Shown here: positions 1 through 8,836 of the stretch, piece after piece | How the letters are laid out: each line of letters opens with the position of its first letter | How positions within the stretch are numbered: the stretch's first letter is position 1 | Assembly: GCA_963806695.1 (NCBI GenBank) | Contig: CAWDYT010000008.1 | Coordinates: 20,643 to 84,642 of the forward strand | DNA length: 64,000 nt | Direction of reading: 5' to 3' | Source: an uncultured Chloroflexia bacterium | Lineage (GTDB): Bacteria; Chloroflexota; Limnocylindria; QHBO01 | Notes under the pieces: model-generated | What the model was told of the DNA's origin: nothing | The model's database searches: none | Seen by the model: the letters and a program-made list of their open reading frames with translations, nothing else | Position numbers and translations under genes: made by a program

Positions 1-97
1 CGACCCCGAAGAGCTCCTCCGCGTAGAGCCCGCCATCGTCCTTGCGGAACTGCGTGTGGCGCTTGTGCGGCACCTCGCCGCGGCGGACGTAGAACAT
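1..97 (-). CDS. hmgA: Homogentisate 1,2-dioxygenase, N-terminus only (runs off the window start)
   Basis: Hand translation from ATG at 97: MFYVRRGEVPHKRHTQFRKDDGGLYAEELFGV, like the N-terminus of actinobacterial-type HmgA; FAH and hppD are also in the window. Confidence 0.75.
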   Translation of the reverse strand, partial: MFYVRRGEVPHKRHTQFRKDDGGLYAEELFGV

Positions 98-140
98 CGA
101 GTGCATTATCGCCGCGACAGACCGATGCAGGAGCGGAGCG

Positions 141-578
141 ATGGTGATCGACCCGGGGACCGAGAAGGGCGGACGCGCCGATGCGCGCCTTCGCGACGAG
201 CTGGTCGTATGGCTCATCACCGTCTCGGCGGATGGAAGTCCGGTTCCGACGCCCGTCTGGTTCTGGTGGGACGGGCAGACGGTCCTCGTCTACTCGCAGC
301 GTGAGAAGCCGAAGCTCCGTCACATTGCGGCCAACCCTCGAGTCTCCGTGGCCATGCGGACCGACGAGCTCGGCGATGAGATCACCGTCCTCGCCGGCGA
401 GGCTGTCGTCGATTCATCGCTGCCGTCGGCTGCTGAGCACCCCGGCTACCGGGAGAAGTACGCGGACCTCATCGCGCGGCTCGGGGCGGACCCTGCTTCA
501 TTCGCCGGCGAGTACGCGGTCCCGATCCGCATCACACCGACGAAGCTGCGCCAATGGAGGGCCGCCTCGGCGGGCTGA
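141..578 (+). CDS. PPOX-class (putatively F420-dependent) oxidoreductase, Rv3369-like
   Basis: WLITVSADGSPVPTPVWFWWDG...KLRHIAANPRVS split-barrel motifs. Confidence 0.8.
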   Translation: MVIDPGTEKGGRADARLRDELVVWLITVSADGSPVPTPVWFWWDGQTVLVYSQREKPKLRHIAANPRVSVAMRTDELGDEITVLAGEAVVDSSLPSAAEHPGYREKYADLIARLGADPASFAGEYAVPIRITPTKLRQWRAASAG

Positions 579-588
579 GCGTGGCTCG

Positions 589-1176
589 TCAGCCTTGGCG
601 GGTCAGCTCCGAGTGCCCGCCCCTCGGGTAGACGATGATCAGCCGCGCGGGCTCGTCCCCCACCGTCTCCGCGTCGTGGGGCAGTGTCCCGTCGAGCAGG
701 ACGTAGTCGCCCGCGCCGGCCTCGACGACCGACTCACCCTGCGTGATCCGGACCCGGCCCGACATCACGAGATGATGCTCGTCCCCCGGATGGGCGTGAA
801 ACCCGGTGCGGTAGCCGACGGGCATGACGCCCTCGAAGATCGCCACATCTCGTGCAATCCCGCCGTCGACCTGGGACATCGCGCCCGACCCGCGCGGCAG
901 CCGGCGGCGTGGGCGTTCCGAGGATCGCACCAGGCGCGGCCCAACGCTCTGATCGAGCAGGAACCATGCGATCGGCACGTCGAGCGCATCGGCCAGGGCG
1001 GCAAGCGTCTCGAGCGACGGTGAGGCCTTGTCGTTCTCGACCTGCGACAGGTAACCGACGTTGAGGCCCGATGCCTCCGAAACCTGGGTGAGCGTCAGCC
1101 CCCGGTCGCGCCGCCGCCGGCGGACCTGGGAGCCCACGAGCGGCCGACGACGCGTCGGGGGTGCGGCTTCGGTCAT
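589..1176 (-). CDS. XRE-family HTH plus cupin transcriptional regulator
   Basis: LTLTQVSEASGLNVGYLSQVENDKASPSL HTH; C-terminal cupin HAHPGDEHHLVMSG. Confidence 0.9.
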   Translation of the reverse strand: MTEAAPPTRRRPLVGSQVRRRRRDRGLTLTQVSEASGLNVGYLSQVENDKASPSLETLAALADALDVPIAWFLLDQSVGPRLVRSSERPRRRLPRGSGAMSQVDGGIARDVAIFEGVMPVGYRTGFHAHPGDEHHLVMSGRVRITQGESVVEAGAGDYVLLDGTLPHDAETVGDEPARLIIVYPRGGHSELTRQG

Positions 1177-1200
1177 GCGACGAGTATGTCATCGAAAAAC

Positions 1201-1234
1201 CGATATTGACAAGAGCAATATCGCGAGGCAGAAT
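1201..1234 (+). promoter_or_regulatory. Sigma70-type promoter overlapped by a palindromic operator
   Basis: TTGACA (1206-1211), 17-bp spacer, CAGAAT (1229-1234); palindrome CGATATTG-N7-CAATATCG (1201-1223) covers the -35; divergent XRE gene adjacent. Confidence 0.65.
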
Positions 1235-1309
1235 ATGGACGAAGACCAAATGGGATGGCCTTCGTCAAATCTCATCGATCCCATGGAAGCCCAGGAAGGA
1301 CCACACGTC

Positions 1310-1924
1310 ATGAAGGTCGCCATCATCGGTGCCGGCAACGTCGGTACCGCACTCGCCACATCCATCGGCCGCGCAGGACACGACGTCACCATCAGTGCCA
1401 GCACACCGGAGAGCGCACGCCAGGCCGCGGAGGTCACCGGCGCGCATGCTGCGCCGGACAACGCCAGCGCCGTCCGTGACTCGGACATCGTCATACTCGC
1501 CGTCCCGTACGTCGGCGCCGGCCAGGAGGTCGCCCAGGAGATTCGGGACGTCGCGGCCGGGCACGTCGTGGTCGACGCCACGAACCCGATGAAGCCCGAC
1601 TACTCCGGCCTGGCGACCGAGGGCACCTCGGCTGCCGAGGAGTTCCAGAAGCAGCTGCCCGAGGCCAGCGTCGTGAAGGCGTTCAACACGATCTTCGCGT
1701 CGAACCAGGCGAAGCCGGACGCATCGATGGACGGCTACGTCGCCGGTGACGACGACCAGGCCAAGGCCAAGGTGCTCGAGCTCGTCGAGTCCATCGGCTT
1801 CTCGCCGGTCGACGTTGGACCACTGCGCAGCGCCCGCCACCTGGAGGGCATGGCCTACATCAACATCGGCCTGAACGCTGCCAACGGGTGGGACTGGAAG
1901 TCCGCCTGGCGGCTCGAGCGCTGA
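1310..1924 (+). CDS. NADPH-dependent F420-reductase-like NAD(P)-binding oxidoreductase
   Basis: MKVAIIGAGNVG Rossmann fold, VILAVPY, VVDATNP, VVKAFNTIFA, GFSPVDVGPL; SD AGGAAGGA upstream. Confidence 0.85.
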   Translation: MKVAIIGAGNVGTALATSIGRAGHDVTISASTPESARQAAEVTGAHAAPDNASAVRDSDIVILAVPYVGAGQEVAQEIRDVAAGHVVVDATNPMKPDYSGLATEGTSAAEEFQKQLPEASVVKAFNTIFASNQAKPDASMDGYVAGDDDQAKAKVLELVESIGFSPVDVGPLRSARHLEGMAYINIGLNAANGWDWKSAWRLER

Positions 1925-1928
1925 CGGG

Positions 1929-2411
1929 ATGGCCATCACTCGCCTGAACCACGCCGTCCTGTTCGTCCGGGACGCCGATGCGGCCGCGGCGTTCTACCGC
2001 GACGCCTTCGGCTTCGAGGAGCTCGATCGGCCGCAGGGGATGCGCGCCGCATTCATGCGGTCGCCCTCCGGGACCAACCATCACGACCTCGGCCTGTTCG
2101 AGGTTGGGCCCGATGCCCCGCGGCCTCCGCGGGGATCCGTCGGGCTGTACCACCTCGCCTGGCAGATCGACACCATCGAGGCGCTGGCCGAGATGGCAGG
2201 CCGCCTCCGCGGGCTCGGCGCCCTGACGGGTACGTCCGATCACGGCGTGAGCAAGTCGCTGTACGGCCGCGATCCCGATGGCAACGAGTTCGAGGTGATG
2301 TGGGAGGTGCCACGCGAGGCGTGGGGTCGCTTCGAGAAGGAAGCCACCGTCATGCCGCTCGACCTCGAGGCCGAGCTGCGCCGGTGGGGAGCGGGCAGCT
2401 CGGTCCAGTAG
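1929..2411 (+). CDS. VOC/glyoxalase family protein
   Basis: LNHAVLFVRD, NHHDLGLF, GLYHLAWQ, SKSLYGRDPDGNEFEV. Confidence 0.9.
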   Translation: MAITRLNHAVLFVRDADAAAAFYRDAFGFEELDRPQGMRAAFMRSPSGTNHHDLGLFEVGPDAPRPPRGSVGLYHLAWQIDTIEALAEMAGRLRGLGALTGTSDHGVSKSLYGRDPDGNEFEVMWEVPREAWGRFEKEATVMPLDLEAELRRWGAGSSVQ

Positions 2412-2418
2412 CGTCCGG

Positions 2419-3045
2419 TCACTTCGCGCCGAACCGCGTCCGCGAGTGGTGCTCCTGCGCGAGGCGCCGCAGCGCCGATAGCGCCCGCTCGAACACGACG
2501 GTGCCGATCACGGTGGCTTCGACCGCCGCAGCGGGCTCCGTCTGTTCGGCGACGTAGGCGAGCTCGGCATCCGCCAGCGCGTCGGCGTGGCGGGCGTAGC
2601 GATCGAACACCTCGGGCCCGACCCGCCAGCCGAGCTGGCGCAGGGCAAGGAGGGCCGCCGCGAGGTCGTCGCGTGCCGGGTTGGCGCCGGCGAGGTTCCA
2701 GCCCAGCGTTTCCAGCCACGCGTCCGTCTCCGCGCGTGCCATCGGCAGCGCCTCGTCCCGAACCGGCGTCTCCCGACGGAGCGCGGTGTGCGCGGCCGCC
2801 AGCGTCTCGTGCAGCGGCACGTCGCTCCGATCCAGGGCGTCGAGGACGGAGCGCACCGCCTCGAGGCTCAAGCCGCCGACCTCCACCAGCACCCGCACCA
2901 GGTGCAGTCGTCGGAGGTGCCGATCGCCATAGCTCGCCTGGTTGCGCGCCGTGCGCTCACCGCCAGGCAGCAGCCCTTCGCGCAGGTAGTACTTGATCGT
3001 GGGGAGCGGCACTCCGCTCGCCCGACTCAGCTCCGAGATTCGCAT
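2419..3045 (-). CDS. MerR-family transcriptional regulator
   Basis: MRISELSRASGVPLPTIKYYLREGLL MerR HTH. Confidence 0.9.
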   Translation of the reverse strand: MRISELSRASGVPLPTIKYYLREGLLPGGERTARNQASYGDRHLRRLHLVRVLVEVGGLSLEAVRSVLDALDRSDVPLHETLAAAHTALRRETPVRDEALPMARAETDAWLETLGWNLAGANPARDDLAAALLALRQLGWRVGPEVFDRYARHADALADAELAYVAEQTEPAAAVEATVIGTVVFERALSALRRLAQEHHSRTRFGAK

Positions 3046-3063
3046 GGCTTGACGATCCTAATG

Positions 3064-3100
3064 GATAGTGCCACTATCTGCAATAGATAGATCAACTATC
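3064..3100. promoter_or_regulatory. Tandem palindromic operators GATAG-N5-CTATC
   Basis: GATAGTGCCACTATC (3064-3078) and GATAGATCAACTATC (3086-3100), 22 bp apart, between the MerR gene and its divergent neighbour. Confidence 0.7.
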
Positions 3101-3119
3101 CGCAAGGAGCGAATCACCG

Positions 3120-3542
3120 ATGGCCCACGAATCGCGCCGGCTCGCCGGCATCATCCTCATCCTCGTTCCGGCGGTGGCCTTCGGTGGCGCCAGCCTGCTG
3201 TCGATGATCGTCGGCCAGGCGCCGGGCTACCTCGACAATCAGGTCCGGCAGGACCTGTGGCGGGCCGGGCACGCGCACGCGGGGATCATGCTGATCATCT
3301 CGCTCGTCCTGCTCCGCTACGTCGACGAGACGCCGTTGCGCAGCGGCTGGCTGTGGCTGGCTCGGCACGGCGCGCCGATCGCGGCGATCTTCATGCCGCT
3401 CGGGTTCTTCCTTTCGGTCCTGAGCCCGGAGACAACCGAGCCGAATGCCCTGATCGGGCTGGTGCCGATTGGTGGGCTGTTCCTGGTGGGCGCGGTCATC
3501 ACGACCGGGGTCGGGCTGCTGCGAGCGCCGGCCACTGCCTGA
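3120..3542 (+). CDS. Hypothetical integral membrane protein (about 4 TM)
   Basis: Four hydrophobic segments, WRAGHAHAG motif, SD AAGGAG. Confidence 0.75.
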   Translation: MAHESRRLAGIILILVPAVAFGGASLLSMIVGQAPGYLDNQVRQDLWRAGHAHAGIMLIISLVLLRYVDETPLRSGWLWLARHGAPIAAIFMPLGFFLSVLSPETTEPNALIGLVPIGGLFLVGAVITTGVGLLRAPATA

Positions 3543-3545
3543 GTG

Positions 3546-4031
3546 CTACCGGTGCAGCGAGTCCAGCTGGTCCGCGTGCTCCTCGAGGTGGCTCGCGATG
3601 AACTTCTCGACGATCTGCTCCACCGTCATCTCGCCGCGGACCGGGTGCATGCCCCGCAGCCGCCAGGTCTCGTCATCCCACGCGCGCACGGCGTCGTTGA
3701 CCTCGGCCAGCGAGGACTGCACGCGTTCCAACAGTGCCTGCGGGTCGGTGTGGCGGTCGCGCTCGATCGCCGCGAGGCGGCCCGCATCGGTCTTCACCCG
3801 CCCGAAGGGAACCGGCGAGTGCGTGGGTTGGGCGATCACCCGCTGCGCCTGCGCGAACCAGTACGCGGGAAACTCGGCGAGGTGCGCCCAGACCTGCCCC
3901 GCCTCCCAGCGCTCGTCGCCCCCTGGGTCGGGATCGGCGAGGCCGGACGGCAGCGGTCGCGACGCGTGCTCGGCCAGCCGGCGCTCGGCGTCAGACAGGC
4001 GGGCGACCAGGGCATCGACCGAGGCACTCAT
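3546..4031 (-). CDS. DinB/YfiT-like helical-bundle protein
   Basis: WEAGQVWAHLAEF...HPVRGEMTVEQIVEKFIASHLEEHADQL; ATGA overlap with the FAH gene. Confidence 0.7.
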   Translation of the reverse strand: MSASVDALVARLSDAERRLAEHASRPLPSGLADPDPGGDERWEAGQVWAHLAEFPAYWFAQAQRVIAQPTHSPVPFGRVKTDAGRLAAIERDRHTDPQALLERVQSSLAEVNDAVRAWDDETWRLRGMHPVRGEMTVEQIVEKFIASHLEEHADQLDSLHR

Positions 4032-5020
4032 CGGGACGGCCGCTCCACCACGTTCGCCGTCAGCTCGCCGAGGCGTTCGATCGCCAGGCTGACCGTGTCT
4101 CCGGGTTCGAGGTAGCGCTTCAGCCGTTCGTCCCGGATCTCCAGCAGACACCCCGTGCCAACGGTGCCCGATCCGAGGAGGTCTCCGGGTCGCAGACGGA
4201 CGTCGGCGCTGGCGCGCTCGACCATCTCGCCGAAGCTGAAGTGGGCGCTGGACCAGGTGCCGCGCGACAGCTCGTCCCCGTTCACGGTGGCAGTCATCGC
4301 AACATCGTAGCCCTTGCCCTTCCGTGCGTCGGCGAGCTCGTCCGGGGTGACCAGCCACGGGCCGATGGACGACGCGAAGTCCTTGCCCTTGGCCGGGCCG
4401 AGGCGGACCGTCGTCTCCTCGCGCTGGAGGTCGCGGGCCGACCAGTCATTGAGGACCATGTAGCCGCCGATCGCCTCCTCGCCGCGGCCTGCATCGAGGT
4501 CGCGCACCGGCGTGTCGATGAGCGCGGCGACCTCGAGCTCGTAGTCGAGCTCGCTCGATCCGCGCGGCGCCCACACGGGATCGCCCGGCCCTCGGATCTC
4601 GGACACGTTGCTGAAGTAGAAGATCGGCAGGCGGTACCACGCCTCCGGGATCTCCATGTCGCGTCGCTTCCACATCGTGCCGACGTGCTGCTCGAAGGCG
4701 TAGAAGTCGCGGAACGTGGGCGGCTGGAGGATCGGTGGGCCGAAGACCAGGTCCGGTGCGTCCATCGGCTCATCGGTGTCGGCGTCCAGCAGGTCCGCGA
4801 GTGCCTCGACGCGGAGGCCGTTGGCGAGGTGCGCGTCGAGCGTTGTGACCGGTTGCCGGAAGAGGGCGCTGTTGTGGGCGCGCGCGGGTTCGGCGGCAAC
4901 GAGGGCGCGGCGCGCCCCCTCGAGGTCGAGCCACCCGCCACCGTCCGTATCGAGCGCCGCGGCGAGGCGCCACGGCGTTCCGGCGGGGCCCGTCCGCTCC
5001 CGGATGTGAGCGATCTTCAT
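4028..5020 (-). CDS. Fumarylacetoacetate hydrolase family protein
   Basis: FRDFYAFEQH, LDYELEVAA, NDWSARDLQ, KGKDF, GSGTVGTGC. Confidence 0.9.
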   Translation of the reverse strand: MKIAHIRERTGPAGTPWRLAAALDTDGGGWLDLEGARRALVAAEPARAHNSALFRQPVTTLDAHLANGLRVEALADLLDADTDEPMDAPDLVFGPPILQPPTFRDFYAFEQHVGTMWKRRDMEIPEAWYRLPIFYFSNVSEIRGPGDPVWAPRGSSELDYELEVAALIDTPVRDLDAGRGEEAIGGYMVLNDWSARDLQREETTVRLGPAKGKDFASSIGPWLVTPDELADARKGKGYDVAMTATVNGDELSRGTWSSAHFSFGEMVERASADVRLRPGDLLGSGTVGTGCLLEIRDERLKRYLEPGDTVSLAIERLGELTANVVERPSR

Positions 5021-5059
5021 CGGCGTCTAAGTCTAGGGCGGCCGCTAGACTCGGGCGCG

Positions 5060-6139
5060 ATGCCGCCGCTCCCGCCCTCTCCGCTCGTCGCGTCCGACGC
5101 GCACCTCGATCACTCAGGGCTCATCGAGCTGGTCGGCGGTCTCGAGGTGCCGTGCTTCGAGTCGCCGGAACGGGCGGTCGTCATCCGGGAGGCATTGCTG
5201 GCCACCGGGGACTACGAGCTCGTCGCCCCCGAGTCCCATGGGCCGGACCCGATCGCGGCCGTGCACCAGCTGGAGCTCATCGACCTGGTCGAGCACGCAT
5301 GGGACGACGCGATGGCGGCCGGGCGCGATCCAGGGCGACCGCTGCTGCCCGACACGTTCCTGCTCCGCGAGTACGCCGGCCGCATGGCGCTGTCCGAGCT
5401 GCCGATCGAGCGCCACGACCGTCTCGGGGCCTACTGCTTCGACACCGCGACCCCGATCGTTGCCGGAACGGCGACTGCCGCGCGGGCGGCAGTCGACATC
5501 GGCCTGACCGCCCTCGATCTCGTGCTGGCCGGGGCGCCCGTGGCGTACGGTCTGTGCCGGCCGCCGGGCCATCATGCCGGGCGGAACCTCATCGGCGGCT
5601 ACTGCTTCTTCAACAACGCCGCCATCGTCGCCGAGTCGGTCCTGGCGCGCGGTGCGGAGCGCGTCGCGATCCTCGACGTCGACTTCCACCATGGGAATGG
5701 CACGCAGCAGATCTTCTGGGAGCGCGGCGACGTCCTGTACGTCAGCCTCCACGGGGATCCGCGTGGCATCTATCCGTACTTCTCCGGCTACGCCACGGAG
5801 CGCGGTGCCGAGGATGGCCTCGGCGCGACGTTGAACCTGCCGCTCGCGCCGGGAACCGATGGTGACGCGTACCTCGGCGCACTCGCCGAGGGTCTCGCTG
5901 TCATCAGCGACTTCGACGCCGATGCGCCGCTCGTGGTCTCGCTGGGATTCGACACCTACCACGCCGACCCGATCTGCAACCTCGCCCTGCAAACTCCCGA
6001 CTACGCGCGGATCGGAGCGGCCATCTCGACCCTCGGCATGCCGGTCGTTGCGCTCCAGGAAGGCGGCTATGCGGTGGACGCGCTCGGCGCGAACGCCGTC
6101 GCATTTCTCGATGCCGTGCGCGACGGCCTGGCCCCGTAG
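5060..6139 (+). CDS. Histone deacetylase family / acetylpolyamine amidohydrolase-like
   Basis: RPPGHHAG, GGYCFFNNAA, LDVDFHHGNGTQ, LQEGGY. Confidence 0.9.
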   Translation: MPPLPPSPLVASDAHLDHSGLIELVGGLEVPCFESPERAVVIREALLATGDYELVAPESHGPDPIAAVHQLELIDLVEHAWDDAMAAGRDPGRPLLPDTFLLREYAGRMALSELPIERHDRLGAYCFDTATPIVAGTATAARAAVDIGLTALDLVLAGAPVAYGLCRPPGHHAGRNLIGGYCFFNNAAIVAESVLARGAERVAILDVDFHHGNGTQQIFWERGDVLYVSLHGDPRGIYPYFSGYATERGAEDGLGATLNLPLAPGTDGDAYLGALAEGLAVISDFDADAPLVVSLGFDTYHADPICNLALQTPDYARIGAAISTLGMPVVALQEGGYAVDALGANAVAFLDAVRDGLAP

Positions 6140-6176
6140 AATTTCTTTACCCCGACCTCCTGGAGCACGGCATCGC

Positions 6177-7200
6177 GTGAAGCGCATCGGTTTCCTGTCC
6201 TTCGGCCATTGGTCCGACTCGCCCCACTCGCAGGTGCGGTCCGCGTCCGACGCGCTGCTCCAGTCGATCGAGCTGGCGGTCGCCGCCGAGGAGCTCGGGG
6301 CCGACGGCGCGTACTTCCGCGTCCACCACTTCGCCCGCCAGCTGGCGTCGCCGTTCCCGCTGCTGGCCGCTGTCGGCGCGCGGACGAGCCGGATCGAGAT
6401 GGGTACCGCGGTCATCGACATGCGCTACGAGAATTCGTTCTACATGGCCGAGGACGCCGGTGCGGCGGACGTCATCGCCGGCGGCCGCCTCCAGCTCGGA
6501 ATCAGCCGCGGCTCGCCGGAGCAGGTCATCGACGGGTATCGACACTTTGGCTATGTTCCGGCCGAGGGGGAGACCGATGCCGACATGGCTCGGCGCCACG
6601 CCCAGGGCTTCCTCGAGCTCCTGAAGGGCGAGGGCTTCGCCCAGCCGAATCCGAGGCCGATGTTCCCCAACCCGCCCGGACTGCTCCGGCTCGAGCCGTT
6701 CTCCGCGGGGTTACGCGAGCGAATCTGGTGGGGCGCCGCATCGACGGCCACGGCAGTGTGGGCTGCCGAGCTGGGCATGAACCTTCAGAGCTCGACCCTC
6801 GTGTTCGACGAGAGCGGTGAGCCACTGCACGTCCAACAGCGCAGGCAGATCGACGCGTACCGCGAGGCCTGGACCGCCGCCGGCCACGAGCGCGAGCCGC
6901 GCGTCTCGGTCAGCCGCAGCATCTTCGCCATCGTCGACGACCGCGACCGCACCTACTTCGGTCGCGGCGGACAGGAGCGAGACCAGATCGGCTACATCGA
7001 CGAGAACACCAAGGCGATCTTCGGTCGATCGTACGCCGCCGAGCCCGAGGTCCTCGTCAGGGAGCTGGCGGAGGACACCGCGATCGCGGCAGCCGATACG
7101 CTCCTGCTGACCGTGCCGAACCAGCTCGGCGTCGACTACAACGCCCACGCCATCGAGAGCATCCTGCGCGTACGTCGCGCCCGAGTTGGGCTGGCGCTGA
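6177..7200 (+). CDS. LLM-class flavin-dependent oxidoreductase (one +1 indel near 7170)
   Basis: GTG start, KRIGFLSFGHW, FRVHHFA, GRLQLGISRGSPE; removing one base near 7170 gives the ending ILRYVAPELGWR-stop at 7200. Confidence 0.85.
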
Positions 7201-7232
7201 CCGACCGACCGAATCGCCAGCCGAGGCAACAC

Positions 7233-7294
7233 TTGACAGACCTTGTACAGAGTGTGGTATCGTGGCGTCCAGACTATACAAACACTGGACGCCA
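7233..7294. promoter_or_regulatory. AT-rich promoter-like sequence and 10-bp inverted repeat between convergent genes
   Basis: TTGACA 7233-7238, TATCGT 7258-7263 (19-bp spacer); TGGCGTCCAG-N12-CTGGACGCCA 7263-7294. Confidence 0.45.
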
Positions 7295-7326
7295 TGCCTC
7301 GCCCGACCCCCTGTACCGATCGCCCG

Positions 7327-8307
7327 TCAGCCCTCCAGGGCCGGATCGTCGACGCGCGCGAGCCCGACGACGATCTGCCACAGCCGGCGGCGCTCCTCCC
7401 GGCTGACCCTGGTGAACGGAACCCGGTCGAACGGACGCTCCCGTCGATCGAGGAAGAACGCGCCGGATCGGCGATGTCCCGCCGGGTCGCAGGCCAGCCA
7501 GACGAGGGTGTCGACGCCCTCCGCGGGCGTGCGAAGGATGGGCTCGATCAGCTGCCGGAAGCCGGGAAGCGAGGCGGACAGCCCTGGCGTGTCGGCCCAA
7601 CCCGGGTGCATCGCGTTGAACGCGATGCCGCTGCCGCGCATGCGGCGCGCCCACTCGCGCATGAGCATCACCTGGGCCCGTTTGGCGCGTGCGTAGGCGA
7701 GAGTGCCGGAGAAGGGCTCGCCCTCGAATTGGAGGTCGTCGAGCCGCAGCCGCTGGGTGTACATGCCGCCCGAGCTCATGGCGATGACCCGGCCGGCCGG
7801 CGAAGCGCGCAGCAGGGGGAGCACGCCGGCGACGAGCGCGAACGGCCCGATCACCAGCACGGCCAGGGTTGCCTCGATTCCGTCGGGGCCCACGGAGCGC
7901 TCGGGGAAGATCGCCCCGGCGTTGTCGATGAGGACGTCGATGCGTGGCTCAGCCGCCGTGATGGCTTCAACGGCTTCGCGCACCGACGCCAGCGAGCCCA
8001 TATCGGCCACGACGGTGGTGAAGCGGCCCTCCCCGTGGCGGTCCGTGAGCTCGTCGCGCACCGTTTCCAGGCGTTCACGGCTGCGACCGACCAGCACGAT
8101 CCGCCCTCCGAGAGCGGCCAGCTCGTCCGCCGCCTGGCGACCCAGCCCGGAGGTCGGGCCGGTGAGCAGCACCGTCTGGCCGGCCAGCGCGTCGGGATCG
8201 GGACGACGCCAGGCGTGAAGGCGTCGGCGGGCGGCGATGCCGAGGCTCGTGAAACTCCCAACCACGGTGACCTCGAGCGCGTCGTCGAGCACCTCGTTCC
8301 AGCCCAT
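7327..8307 (-). CDS. Short-chain dehydrogenase/reductase
   Basis: TGPTSGLG, LIDNAGA, YARAK catalytic YxxxK, HPGWADTPG. Confidence 0.88.
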   Translation of the reverse strand: MGWNEVLDDALEVTVVGSFTSLGIAARRRLHAWRRPDPDALAGQTVLLTGPTSGLGRQAADELAALGGRIVLVGRSRERLETVRDELTDRHGEGRFTTVVADMGSLASVREAVEAITAAEPRIDVLIDNAGAIFPERSVGPDGIEATLAVLVIGPFALVAGVLPLLRASPAGRVIAMSSGGMYTQRLRLDDLQFEGEPFSGTLAYARAKRAQVMLMREWARRMRGSGIAFNAMHPGWADTPGLSASLPGFRQLIEPILRTPAEGVDTLVWLACDPAGHRRSGAFFLDRRERPFDRVPFTRVSREERRRLWQIVVGLARVDDPALEG

Positions 8308-8374
8308 CTCCACCTCCTGTCGCGCCGCCAGTCCGACGCATGCACATCTTGACCGCAACCGTACCGAGGACGAC

Positions 8375-8836
8375 ATGACCCGCTTGAACGAACGCATCGA
8401 AACCGCCCTTCCGATCGAGGAGGCCTTCGCCTATCTCGCCGATTTCGCCAACTCGCAGGAGTGGGACCCCGGCGTGGCCCGCGCGGAGCGCATCGGCTCC
8501 GAAGAGATCGGGGTCGGGACCCGCTTCCGACTCGGCGTCCGCCAGGGCGACCGGGTTGTGCCGATGGAGTACCGCATCACCGACTTCGATCGGCCTCGCC
8601 GGGTCGTGCTGGCCGGCTCTGGCTCCGCCATCAACGCCGTCGACGAGCTGCGCTTCGAGCGATCCGGCAACGGCACGATCGTCGACTACACCGCCGATAT
8701 CCGGCTCGGCGGCCTCCTGCGCCTCGTGCAGCCGTTCCTGAGCGGCACCTTCCGGCGCATCGCCGCCGACGCGTCGGGGGGCATCCGGAGCACGCTCGCG
8801 GCCCGTGCCGCGGCGCACGGAACGGACCGGCCATGA
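8375..8836 (+). CDS. SRPBCC/polyketide-cyclase family protein
   Basis: [34 protein letters not shown]. Confidence 0.85.
   Translation: MTRLNERIETALPIEEAFAYLADFANSQEWDPGVARAERIGSEEIGVGTRFRLGVRQGDRVVPMEYRITDFDRPRRVVLAGSGSAINAVDELRFERSGNGTIVDYTADIRLGGLLRLVQPFLSGTFRRIAADASGGIRSTLAARAAAHGTDRP

Noticed and set aside
7262-7696. 144-aa ORF downstream of the orphan promoter as a real gene
   Set aside because: Lies antisense within the SDR gene, has no SD and has low-complexity Arg/Ser composition
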